From Candidatus Babeliales bacterium (GTDB taxonomy: Bacteria; Babelota; Babeliae; Babelales; JACPOV01): DNA of 64,000 nt. The notes below the pieces were generated by a model. The model made no database searches, was not told the DNA's origin, and saw only the letters and a program-made list of their open reading frames with translations. Of this stretch, positions 22,365-31,086 are shown piece after piece (the first letter of the stretch is position 1; the number at the start of each line of letters is the position of its first letter). The stretch is taken from contig JBFWNW010000001.1 in the NCBI GenBank assembly GCA_050250855.1, positions 64,001-128,000 on the forward strand, written 5' to 3'. The position numbers were made by a program, and so were the translations under genes.

Positions 22365-23249
22365 TTACTTATACACCACTGCAGCCAATTCTTTACAAAA
22401 AGCCACCGCATCAGCTAATGATTTTTGGTGAATATTGCGCCCGATAGCAGCACCGGCGATATTTTCAATCATCATATATTCTTGCAGCTGTTTAATAAAT
22501 TTTTTTGGTGCAATAGTTTGGCCGCCAGAAAGTAATAATTTAGTATTACCTGCTGCTTGTCCTGCAACCGCAAGCCATTCCAGGCTGCTCATATCTTCTT
22601 CATCACTTGGTTCTGGTAGATTAATTTTTGCAAAATCAGCACCAAGAGCATTTGCTGCACCGGCAGCGCCGGCAATAATCATGCCGTGGCGTTCATACCC
22701 TTCTAAGCATTCACCGCGCGGGTACATCCATAAAATAGTTACCAAGCCATGTTGATGCGCTTCATATACTATTTGTGCTGCCTGGGTGAGCATTTCTGCT
22801 TCATACTGACTGCCAAGATAAACGGTGTAGCCAACGCCGCAAATGGGAAGATTTGTTTGCTGCTTGAATGCAGCAACTTGCTGAATGTTCCAGAGCTCTT
22901 TACTTAAAGGATCAGAATAATCGGTTGGAATAATATCCGTTTTTCCATTTAATTTGACGATATAATTAATATTCTTGTACTGTTTTCCATAGCGTGCAAT
23001 AAGGCCTAACTGGGTTGCCATAGCGCCAATATCAGCTTGTGAGGCGATCGAAAATAAATGATTTGGATTGCTATCAGCAGGATCTATATCAGCCCCAAAA
23101 AAATCTTTATGAAGATGCTCAATTTTTTGATCAGCGGAAAAAAGCAAGAGGTTGCCGGTGTTGCGTGTCAGTGCTGTATAATGCTTTACAAATGCATCAA
23201 TACTTTTTTCTGGTACATCAGCCGGAACAAAACAATGTTTTTCTGCCAT
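22365..23249 (-). CDS. Class I fructose-bisphosphate aldolase (DhnA/FbaB type)
   Basis: DQKIEH, GYTVYLGS, LWMYPRG, LGADFAK Schiff-base Lys, SGG, AIGRNIHQ. Confidence 0.9.
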   Translation of the reverse strand: MAEKHCFVPADVPEKSIDAFVKHYTALTRNTGNLLLFSADQKIEHLHKDFFGADIDPADSNPNHLFSIASQADIGAMATQLGLIARYGKQYKNINYIVKLNGKTDIIPTDYSDPLSKELWNIQQVAAFKQQTNLPICGVGYTVYLGSQYEAEMLTQAAQIVYEAHQHGLVTILWMYPRGECLEGYERHGMIIAGAAGAANALGADFAKINLPEPSDEEDMSSLEWLAVAGQAAGNTKLLLSGGQTIAPKKFIKQLQEYMMIENIAGAAIGRNIHQKSLADAVAFCKELAAVVYK

Positions 23250-23325
23250 AAAAAATTCCTTGTAGGTTTCGAGTTTTTTATTTCGAATCTACAAGGAACT
23301 GTATTTTTAAACAAGTATTTTGGAC

Positions 23326-23940
23326 TTATTCTTTTTGTTTATACTTCTCTAAAAGAGCTTCAATTTCTTTTAAGTTATATTTTTTTGTAAGAGAGAAAGC
23401 ATCTTTTTGCGATGCTTTTATGCTAAGGGAACCCAGACCAAAAGCTTTTGTTTCTGGATTTGCACCAGCTGCCAAAAGGTCTTTAATCGTTTGAAGATAC
23501 TTTTGCTGGTCGTTTGTTTTTGTGTTATAGAATTCTATAGCCCACATTAAGGGAGTTGCCGATCGATTACCATCAATAGTATTTATGTCGCCACCAGCTT
23601 TTTTTAGTGCTAAAAGAGCTGATAGAGAATGCCTTCCGTTAACAGAAAAATCAAAAAATAACGCATTAAGTTCTCTGTTTGATTTATTTTGTAAATAATT
23701 TTTAACAAGGCTGTCGAGTGCCAAATCACCTAAATATTTATCAGATATATTATGCGTGATAAGATGATCAATTTTTTGAGCTGCATCAAAAAAGTTTGGT
23801 GTTGTTTGTCTAATCTCCAGAAGCTTACCTACAAAGTCAAGTTGAGAAATAGCAGGTTCTTGTACTGTTTTTTCCGATGCAAGCAAAGAAGTTCCTGCTA
23901 GTAGAGTAATTATTAAGAAATTTTTTTTAATATTTTTCAT
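23326..23940 (-). CDS. Secreted ankyrin-like protein
   Basis: Signal peptide; GGDIN, TPLMWAI, LLAAGANP. Confidence 0.75.
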   Translation of the reverse strand: MKNIKKNFLIITLLAGTSLLASEKTVQEPAISQLDFVGKLLEIRQTTPNFFDAAQKIDHLITHNISDKYLGDLALDSLVKNYLQNKSNRELNALFFDFSVNGRHSLSALLALKKAGGDINTIDGNRSATPLMWAIEFYNTKTNDQQKYLQTIKDLLAAGANPETKAFGLGSLSIKASQKDAFSLTKKYNLKEIEALLEKYKQKE

Positions 23941-24083
23941 AGTATCCTTATTTTTCTTTGTTCATTAACTAGAGAGTAAAAAAGCTAAGTACAATTGGTT
24001 TAAATTGTATCTTATTTTATTTTAGTAAATATTGCGATAAAAAAGCAAGATTTTTAGTAAAAAAGCCTTATCTACAGGTATTT

Positions 24084-25721
24084 TTAGACCATTTTTTCAT
24101 GGATTACTAGGTTTTCAGCCACCTTCATAAAAAGAGGGGCGGCAACCTGGGAGGCGTAGAGATTCTTAGAGGCAGCATTTTGAATATAGGTTACAATAAC
24201 GCGTTTATAATCACCTTTTTCTATAATACCAGCAAACGTATAGGTGTTATGATCTGGTGTATACTGTCCATCAATGACCATGTTAGCAGTTCCTGTTTTG
24301 CCCATAACGCGATAACCATTGAGCGCAGCGCGCCGCGCTGTTCCTTGCGTTACTGTTTTTTCTAATATATCGCGCATGGTTTCAAGTGAGCTATATTTAT
24401 ATAGATACTCTTTCTCTTTATTCTCCTCAGGATTATGCTTCTTAATAAGTCTTGGTTCAATTAAATAACCACCATTAGCAAGTAAAGAAAATGCGCGCGC
24501 TAATTGTACTAAATTAGCAGTAATTTCATAACCAAACGATAATGAAATAATAGAAGGCTTAGACCAATTTTTTGGTGGATTGACAAAACCTGCTTGTTGG
24601 CCTGGCCAGTTGATAGGTAATTTTTGGCCAAAGCCCAAGCGGTTGTAATGATGATACAAATCTGGCCCTAAGCGGCAGGCAACGTGCGCTATGCCGATAT
24701 TATTTGATTTTTGAATAACTTCAGTAAAAGGAATAATGCCATGAGGATAAACGGTGTTAACGCGAACGCCATTAAGCATGGTAGTTTTTGTATTTTGGCA
24801 ATCAATAAGTTCATCCGGCTCTACAAGATGTTCTTCAAGTGCGGCAAGTGCGGTAAAAACTTTCATAACAGAACCCAGTTCATGAACATCGGTGAGAGCT
24901 TTATTTTTTGTATATTCTATACAGAGCTGTTCGGTATTATTAGGATCAAACAACGGATACTGAGCCATGCTCAAAATATCTCCTGTTGTAGGATCCATGA
25001 CAACAACAGCGCCTTCTTGCGCATTGAATTTTTCAACCGCTTCTTTTAAATTTTCATAGGTCAAAAATTGTAAATCAGCATCAATGGTAAGTTCAATCGG
25101 TTTTCCTTCAACCCCTTCTTGCTTGGTTGATTTGGTAAAATAAAAATGTCCTGAGCGTGCATCCTTTTCAAGCACGTAGGTGGTAGGAATACCAGCAAGA
25201 GATTCGTTATAAAGAAGTTCTATGCCGCATTGTCCATTATTATCGATGTCAGTAATGCCAACAACGTGACCCAAAGATTCATACGGATAAAAACGATTTG
25301 GTTCTTTGAGTAGTTTTATGTCAGGAATATTTGTTTGTTCAAGTAGCTGTTGCTGTTCTGGTGTTAGTTTGCGTTTTATATATAAAAAGTGTGCATCAGG
25401 ATGACTATATAAGCGCTCAAGTGCTTGCGGGAAATGCTTTTTTAAAAACTGTTCCACGCGTTCAATGTGCTCAATTTTTTTAGGGAGTATAAAAGCAGAA
25501 AGAGAATGTTTATTGAGTGCGAGTGGCTGGCCATTGCGGTCAAAAATAAGAGCACGTTCAGGGGTGCTTTTTATGGTTACATTATATTGTTGTTTGCCAA
25601 GATTAGAAAAAAAAGCACGTTGCTTTATTTGAATGGCATAAAGATTACATAAAATAAGAAAATAAAGAGCGCAGAAAAATAAAAATATAAAGGCGGTTCT
25701 AATTTTATATGCTGTTTTCAT
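24084..25721 (-). CDS. ftsI: Class B penicillin-binding protein (FtsI/PBP3)
   Basis: N-terminal TM, IFDRNG, RFYP, GSVMK (SxxK), SNN, KTGT. Confidence 0.85.
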   Translation of the reverse strand: MKTAYKIRTAFIFLFFCALYFLILCNLYAIQIKQRAFFSNLGKQQYNVTIKSTPERALIFDRNGQPLALNKHSLSAFILPKKIEHIERVEQFLKKHFPQALERLYSHPDAHFLYIKRKLTPEQQQLLEQTNIPDIKLLKEPNRFYPYESLGHVVGITDIDNNGQCGIELLYNESLAGIPTTYVLEKDARSGHFYFTKSTKQEGVEGKPIELTIDADLQFLTYENLKEAVEKFNAQEGAVVVMDPTTGDILSMAQYPLFDPNNTEQLCIEYTKNKALTDVHELGSVMKVFTALAALEEHLVEPDELIDCQNTKTTMLNGVRVNTVYPHGIIPFTEVIQKSNNIGIAHVACRLGPDLYHHYNRLGFGQKLPINWPGQQAGFVNPPKNWSKPSIISLSFGYEITANLVQLARAFSLLANGGYLIEPRLIKKHNPEENKEKEYLYKYSSLETMRDILEKTVTQGTARRAALNGYRVMGKTGTANMVIDGQYTPDHNTYTFAGIIEKGDYKRVIVTYIQNAASKNLYASQVAAPLFMKVAENLVIHEKMV

Positions 25722-25983
25722 GAGGCATCTGTTTAATTTGTGATAACGTTATTTTTTTCATGCCAAGTTCTTCTTGGGCGTACTGTTTTATAGCGGCTCT
25801 ATTATGCACCAGATACCATTGTTGCATAAGATTGTTTTTTTTTTCAAGAAGATCGTGCTTTATTTTTTCACTTTTTTGTTTTTGGTACGATAGTTCAACT
25901 AAGTAGCTTTGTTTATGAATTTGCAAAAAGATAAAGCCAATATGCAGGCTAATAAAAAGAGTAATAAAGGTATGCGCTTTCAT
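25705..25983 (-). CDS. FtsL-like cell division protein
   Basis: Single TM plus coiled coil plus A..ELGM, overlapping the ftsI start. Confidence 0.65.
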   Translation of the reverse strand: MKAHTFITLFISLHIGFIFLQIHKQSYLVELSYQKQKSEKIKHDLLEKKNNLMQQWYLVHNRAAIKQYAQEELGMKKITLSQIKQMPHENSI

Positions 25984-26042
25984 AAAATCCCTTTTTTTTG
26001 AGCATACCCTTATTAAGGTGAATTTTTAAAGAGTCTTGTAGT

Positions 26043-26546
26043 TTATTCTGTTTCCAGTTTTAATTTTTTATGCGTAAGTTTTTCTTTTTCATCTAAAAAA
26101 TCATCTAATTTTTGTTTAAAAGTATTCGTTTTTTGTAATTTCTTTTCATAATCTTTAAGGAACGATGTTTTCATACCTATTAAAAATTTATTGGTTTCAG
26201 GATCTGTATCTAATTTTTCAAGCTCATTTTTATGCAATGTTACACGAGCTTCTAGATCCGCTTGGTCTTTTGAAGCTAGGGCCCAAACATTTAGACGTAC
26301 TTCTTCATCCCACTTATTTAAATCAGGATTTTTTTTGCTTTTGGTATTTTCATAATAGATAGCGATTTTTTCAAATTTGTTTTTATTTTCTGCCCATTCA
26401 TTTTTAAGTTCTTCTGGAGAAATAACAGGAATATCTTTTTCAAATACATATTCCAAAGCTTTTTTTTTAAAGCGTACTTTACGTTTTTCCATGCAGTTCA
26501 TGAACATACATGTTGTAATGGTGATAATAAAAAATAGTGACTTCAT
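26043..26546 (-). CDS. Secreted Lys/Glu-rich hypothetical protein
   Basis: Signal peptide followed by ME-KRKVRF. Confidence 0.7.
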   Translation of the reverse strand: MKSLFFIITITTCMFMNCMEKRKVRFKKKALEYVFEKDIPVISPEELKNEWAENKNKFEKIAIYYENTKSKKNPDLNKWDEEVRLNVWALASKDQADLEARVTLHKNELEKLDTDPETNKFLIGMKTSFLKDYEKKLQKTNTFKQKLDDFLDEKEKLTHKKLKLETE

Positions 26547-26550
26547 AGGT

Positions 26551-27111
26551 TTAAAGATTTTCTGCTTTTAACTTTTTTGTTGATTGTAAATCTCTTAATG
26601 CAACCAATTCACTGCGAGCCCAGTGATCTTTAAGTTCTTCTTGGTAAGAAATACCATGTTTAATAAGCTCAAGTTTGATTTTTATTTGTTCTTGCAGATG
26701 TTTATCAATACTATCAAGAGCATCTTTATATTTTGGTGCCCCAGTATCTTGATAGTTTTCTGCCGCTATCTTTCTGAGTTCTATGATTTCTGGATTAGTA
26801 CGGTATTTTAGGTTTTCTGGCAAAGCAACTATATTGTGCAAGAGCAAGCCGAGTCCTGACTCTCTTTGAACGAAAGTAGGTTTTTTTTGTTTTTTTTCTG
26901 GTGTGAGCGGTTGTTTTTTGGGGCTCGTCCATGCAGTTTCAAGGTTTTGTTTTTTTTGATCATTATCGAGAGCTTTAATATCAGGTCTTGCCAAAGATGA
27001 AAAATTTGGTTTTTTTCTATTTTTAAGATTTTCCATGCTATTAATGAGCCCGCATGTTGAAGTTGTCAGTATTAAAATAATAAGTAATTTTTTCATAGTA
27101 AAATCTTTCAT
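26551..27111 (-). CDS. Secreted hypothetical protein
   Basis: MKKLLIILILTTSTCGLINS-ME signal; start may be 27096. Confidence 0.7.
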   Translation of the reverse strand: MKDFTMKKLLIILILTTSTCGLINSMENLKNRKKPNFSSLARPDIKALDNDQKKQNLETAWTSPKKQPLTPEKKQKKPTFVQRESGLGLLLHNIVALPENLKYRTNPEIIELRKIAAENYQDTGAPKYKDALDSIDKHLQEQIKIKLELIKHGISYQEELKDHWARSELVALRDLQSTKKLKAENL

Positions 27112-27115
27112 AGTT

Positions 27116-27453
27116 TTATAGTTTTTCTTGTTTTTGTTTTTTTATAGTTCCGAGAAATTCTAGTAATTTCCCTTTGTCTATTGCCGGTACAGATAGTTCA
27201 GATTTTGCAGGGTTATCCTTACGGTCTTCTTTTGGGTTTAGTATATCTTCTACATCTAATCCTGATAAAGTACTAGGCAGAAATCAAAATTTATTTTTTG
27301 TGGGCGTGGAGGGCATTGTGGGCCTGATTTTTGAGTGTTTGCCAAGTTTTCAAAGCTAGGGACAGGAATAGCAGGTTTTTTTATCGCAGGTTCCATACCA
27401 GTAACCAAGCCGCAGGTCAGGGTGCATGTTAAGGTGATAAGTAGCTTTTTCAT
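27116..27453 (-). pseudogene. Frameshifted secreted hypothetical protein
   Basis: Signal MKKLLITLTCTLTCGLVTG-ME similar to the neighbour; another frame continues FLPSTLSGLDVED...KQKQEKL* to 27116, just before the next gene. Confidence 0.55.
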
Positions 27454-27622
27454 AGAATATTCTCCATATTAAGCCGATATTGGTTTAATAATAGTTATAG
27501 GTAATTTTAACCTAATAATTTCAAATTGTCAATAGGGGTCTGTGGAAGTATATAGGCAAAAAAGAACCTTTTTGCTATACTAGAACTGTTTTCATGATTT
27601 TATAACCAAAAAGGTTTTTAGC

Positions 27623-29125
27623 ATGGTTTTTAAAGAAAGCTCTCCCGAAGTTCTTATTGAACATGAGCAAGAACTCTCAGATGAATCAAAAGTCCGTATT
27701 GCAAAAGTAGAAGAGATGCGCAAACAGGGTATTGAGCCCTGGCCGCCAGCACGTGCTGTTTCTCATACTTGTAAGCAGGTGCATGATGAATTTGAGCCTG
27801 ATGCGCACAAAGAGTATACGCTTGCCGGTCGTTTAATGTCTTTACGCTGGCATGGAAAAACAGCGTTTGCTGATCTGCAAGATAGAAGCGGCAGGGTGCA
27901 ACTTTATTTTAAAAAAGATGCATTAGGGGAAGAGCAATTTTCTATACTTAAAAACTTTGTTGATATTGGTGATATTGTCTGGGTGCAAGGAACTTCCTTT
28001 AAAACTAAAATGGGAGAAGTTACCCTTGAAGTAAAAACATTTGAACTCTTGAGCAAATGTATTCATCCGTTGCCAGAAAAATTTCATGGCCTGACTGATA
28101 CAGAAAAACGCTATCGCCAGCGCTATCTTGATTTGATAGTGAATCCAGACAATAAAGAAAAATTTATTCGCCGTACGCTGCTCGTGCGCGCTATGCGTAC
28201 CTTTTTGGATAATCATGGCTTTTTGGAAGTGGAAACACCGATGCTGCACCCCATTGCTGGTGGCGCTACAGCACGTCCTTTTGTAACGCATCACAATGCG
28301 TATGATTCTGATTTTTATTTACGTATTGCGCCTGAGCTTTATTTAAAACGTTTAATCGTTGGTGGTCTTGAACGCGTGTATGAAATTAATCGTAACTTCC
28401 GCAATGAAGGCGTTTCAACAAGGCATAATCCAGAATTTACGATGTGCGAATTTTATATGGCACATCATGATTATCATTTTATCATGGGCTTTGTTGAAGA
28501 AATGCTACGTGCCATGATGCTTGAAAGTTGTGGAACGTTGCAAGTACCATTTGGCGATCATACGCTTGATTTTGGCGTTAGTTTTAAACGTTTGAGTATT
28601 CGTGATTCAGTGCTTGAAATTGGTGGCTTGCAGGAAAAAGATATTCAAGAAAGTGCTCTTGATGCAACGTTAAAAAAACATAACGTAAAAGTAGCCAATA
28701 AAAAAGCATCAGCAGGCGAAAAGATATTTGCTTTATTTGAAGAGCTTGTAGAACACAAACTTATTCAACCAACCTTTATTACCGATTTTCCTATTGAAGT
28801 TTCTCCGCTTGCAAAGCGTGATTCTAAAAATCCTGCCATTGCTGCACGTTTTGAACTATTTATAGCCGGCATGGAGTTGAGCAACGGTTTTAACGAGTTG
28901 AATGATCCTTTTGACCAAGCAGAACGTTTTGAGCAACAGCTGGAAGCGCATAAAGCGGGCAATGATGAAGCGCATCAGTACGATGCAGATTATATTCATG
29001 CACTTGAATATGCTTTGTCGCCTACTGTTGGCGTGGGAATTGGTATTGATCGTTTAGTTATGCTTGCAACCAATACAACGTCCATAAAAGATGTAATTTT
29101 ATTTCCGACATTAAAAAAGAAGTAA
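27623..29125 (+). CDS. lysS: Lysyl-tRNA synthetase (class II)
   Basis: RYRQRYLDL, GGATARPF, YLRIAPELYLKRL, FRNEG, HNPEFT, GIGIDRL. Confidence 0.98.
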   Translation: MVFKESSPEVLIEHEQELSDESKVRIAKVEEMRKQGIEPWPPARAVSHTCKQVHDEFEPDAHKEYTLAGRLMSLRWHGKTAFADLQDRSGRVQLYFKKDALGEEQFSILKNFVDIGDIVWVQGTSFKTKMGEVTLEVKTFELLSKCIHPLPEKFHGLTDTEKRYRQRYLDLIVNPDNKEKFIRRTLLVRAMRTFLDNHGFLEVETPMLHPIAGGATARPFVTHHNAYDSDFYLRIAPELYLKRLIVGGLERVYEINRNFRNEGVSTRHNPEFTMCEFYMAHHDYHFIMGFVEEMLRAMMLESCGTLQVPFGDHTLDFGVSFKRLSIRDSVLEIGGLQEKDIQESALDATLKKHNVKVANKKASAGEKIFALFEELVEHKLIQPTFITDFPIEVSPLAKRDSKNPAIAARFELFIAGMELSNGFNELNDPFDQAERFEQQLEAHKAGNDEAHQYDADYIHALEYALSPTVGVGIGIDRLVMLATNTTSIKDVILFPTLKKK

Positions 29126-29129
29126 TATA

Positions 29130-29154
29130 TACTCCCGTTTACCCAACGGGAGTA
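29130..29154. terminator. Hairpin after lysS
   Basis: TACTCCCGTT-TACCC-AACGGGAGTA perfect 10-bp stem; no strong U-tract. Confidence 0.5.
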
Positions 29155-29178
29155 ACAAGTGAATGCATTGATAGAATC

Positions 29179-29602
29179 CCGTTCGTGGTGAGGAGCCCAG
29201 CGAAGTTCTTTAACAGAGCCTGGGCGTCTCGAACCATAGGGATACAAAAGAAAATAATATAATAATGCTTCCTTTTTATTTGTTTTACATTGTGCTGATA
29301 ATTCATACTACAGTGGTCATACCGATGATATTGAAAAACGTATGGCAGAGCATATTGCTGGTGGTATAAGTAAATACACATCTACTCGTTTACCTGTTAA
29401 GTTAGTTTATCTAGAAACATTTTCAACAAGAGTAGAAGCTTTAGAGGCAGAAATTAAAATAAAAAAATGGTCAAAAAAGAAAAAAGAAGCTTTAATTGCT
29501 AGAAATTGGACAATGCTCATTCAATTAGCAAAAAGAAGAAAGAGTTTTTAGCATTGTGGTTCGAGACGCAAACTAAATAAGTTTGCTCCTCACCACGAAC
29601 GG
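29179..29602. mobile_element. REP-bounded cassette carrying a GIY-YIG nuclease gene
   Basis: Left end CCGTTCGTGGTGAGGAGC...CGTCTCGAACCA (29179-29236) and inverted right end TGGTTCGAGACG...GCTCCTCACCACGAACGG (29557-29602) enclose the gene. Confidence 0.7.
29265..29551 (+). pseudogene. Small GIY-YIG nuclease (UPF0213/YhbQ-like), 5' frameshift
   Basis: Frame reads VLHCADNSYYSGHTDDIEKRMAEH..G..KYTSTRLPVKLVYLE.F..R.EAL.AE.KIKKW..KKKEALI; that frame has a stop at 29255 and the likely start ATG 29265 (MLPFY) is out of frame near 29280. Confidence 0.8.
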
Positions 29603-29677
29603 AATTTAAATAATTTTTAATAACTCGATTGATTCATTTTTAGTAAAAATCCTTAGATCGAATTTACGTTAAAATAG

Positions 29678-29764
29678 TGCATTGATAGAATCCCGTTCGT
29701 GGTGAGGAGCCCAGCGAAGTTCTTTAACGGAGCTGGGCGTCTCGAACCATAGGGATACAAAAGA
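29678..29764. repeat. About 87-bp direct repeat of 29164-29251 (left end of the GIY-YIG cassette)
   Basis: TGCATTGATAGAATCCCGTTCGTGGTGAG...CCATAGGGATACAAAAGA nearly identical in both copies. Confidence 0.9.
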
Positions 29765-29813
29765 TCGAATTTATTTTTTTACTGGTTAAAATTTAGTATA
29801 CTTTAACCTTAAT

Positions 29814-29983
29814 GAAGCGCTCAACGGCTTTTAAGCCGTTCTTTCCCAGACTTCGTTAAAACTTCGTCGGGCAGGCTGCGCGGAATTCTTCGAAGCCAAC
29901 CCTACTACGCTAAAGCTTCGAAGGGTTCTACTTGCCATTCATCCCCAGTTTTAAAAAACTTGGGGTTTTCTGGCGAAGTAGAA
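29814..29983. repeat. Hairpin cluster resembling IS200/IS605-type ends with nested repeat modules
   Basis: AACGGCTT-TT-AAGCCGTT; long hairpin 29926-29983 (CATTCATCCCC...GGGGTTTTCTGGC); modules at 29845-29876 and 29900-29925. Confidence 0.55.
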
Positions 29984-30055
29984 TAGGTTTGTATTTATAA
30001 AAAAATAATGTATGCAGAACAAGTGAATGCATTAAAAATTATTAGGGAGTTCTCT

Positions 30056-31024
30056 ATGAAAAAATTATTTACACTGTTTAGTCTCACAGTCATTATCCAT
30101 GGAACAAGCTTTAGTTCGGAAAAAGATAACAACAACTTTTTTGGTGTTCCTGAAGGGGCTCCTTTTAAACTAATACATGAAGCATGTTCAAAGATGCAGA
30201 TGAGAGACCTCAGCCCTGAAGAAAAAGAGGCTATGAAGAAAGCCTATACCATGGAGCTGAAAAAACGAGGCTTTGACGAATATGGCCTTACACCTTTAAC
30301 GCATGCTATCATAAAAGAAAAAGAAAAAAAGAAAATAAAAGTAGAAGAGTTGCTAGCAAATGGTGCCTCAGTCAATGCAGGAAATTTTCTAGATTTTACT
30401 CCTTTGCATTACGCTGCAGCTGAAGGTGATATAGAAATGATAAATATTTTAAGTAAGTATAAGCCAAATGTTAATGCTCAAGAAGCTAATGGCCAAACGC
30501 CATTGCATAAAGCTAAGGATGGCAAAACAGTAAAATGCCTTTTGAGTTTGGGGGCGGCTATTATTAAAGATAATGATTTGAAGACACCATTGCATCGAAA
30601 AATTCTGTGTAAAAATATGTATAACACTTTTGACGCAATAGAAGAGCTCATTGCAAGTGGCAAGGAAAATCTTGATGCTATATCAGAATTGGATAGTCCT
30701 TTGGGGATTGCTATAGGTGTAAACGACCTTGAAGTTATGAAGATGCTTATTAAGGCTGGAGCAAACGTTAATAAGAGAGGTAAAGATTTGACTCCTTTGC
30801 GTAAAGCTGTATCGCTGAAAAGAATAGCTATGGTACAATATTTACTTTCAAATGGAGCGAATGTAAATGATGGAATAGTTAAAGGAACAACTCCCCTGCA
30901 TTTGGCTGTAAAGAGCAAGAATAAAGAGCTTTGCCAATTATTATGTAATGCTGGTGCTGATACAACAATTAAAGATGAAGAGAGTCGAACTCCTTTTGAC
31001 CTTGCTCTTGAACATTGGCAATAA
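30056..31024 (+). CDS. Secreted ankyrin repeat protein (array copy 1)
   Basis: Signal peptide, SSEKD..NFFGVPEGAPFKL leader, several TPLH repeats; GGGAG RBS. Confidence 0.92.
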   Translation: MKKLFTLFSLTVIIHGTSFSSEKDNNNFFGVPEGAPFKLIHEACSKMQMRDLSPEEKEAMKKAYTMELKKRGFDEYGLTPLTHAIIKEKEKKKIKVEELLANGASVNAGNFLDFTPLHYAAAEGDIEMINILSKYKPNVNAQEANGQTPLHKAKDGKTVKCLLSLGAAIIKDNDLKTPLHRKILCKNMYNTFDAIEELIASGKENLDAISELDSPLGIAIGVNDLEVMKMLIKAGANVNKRGKDLTPLRKAVSLKRIAMVQYLLSNGANVNDGIVKGTTPLHLAVKSKNKELCQLLCNAGADTTIKDEESRTPFDLALEHWQ

Positions 31025-31086
31025 AGAATATTTATGCATCAATCAGTAGAAACAAATTAATACATTAAAAACTATGAGGAGTTTTC

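Noticed and set aside
29164..29764. CRISPR array
   Set aside because: Only two long direct repeats separated by a gene; no regular repeat-spacer period and no cas genes
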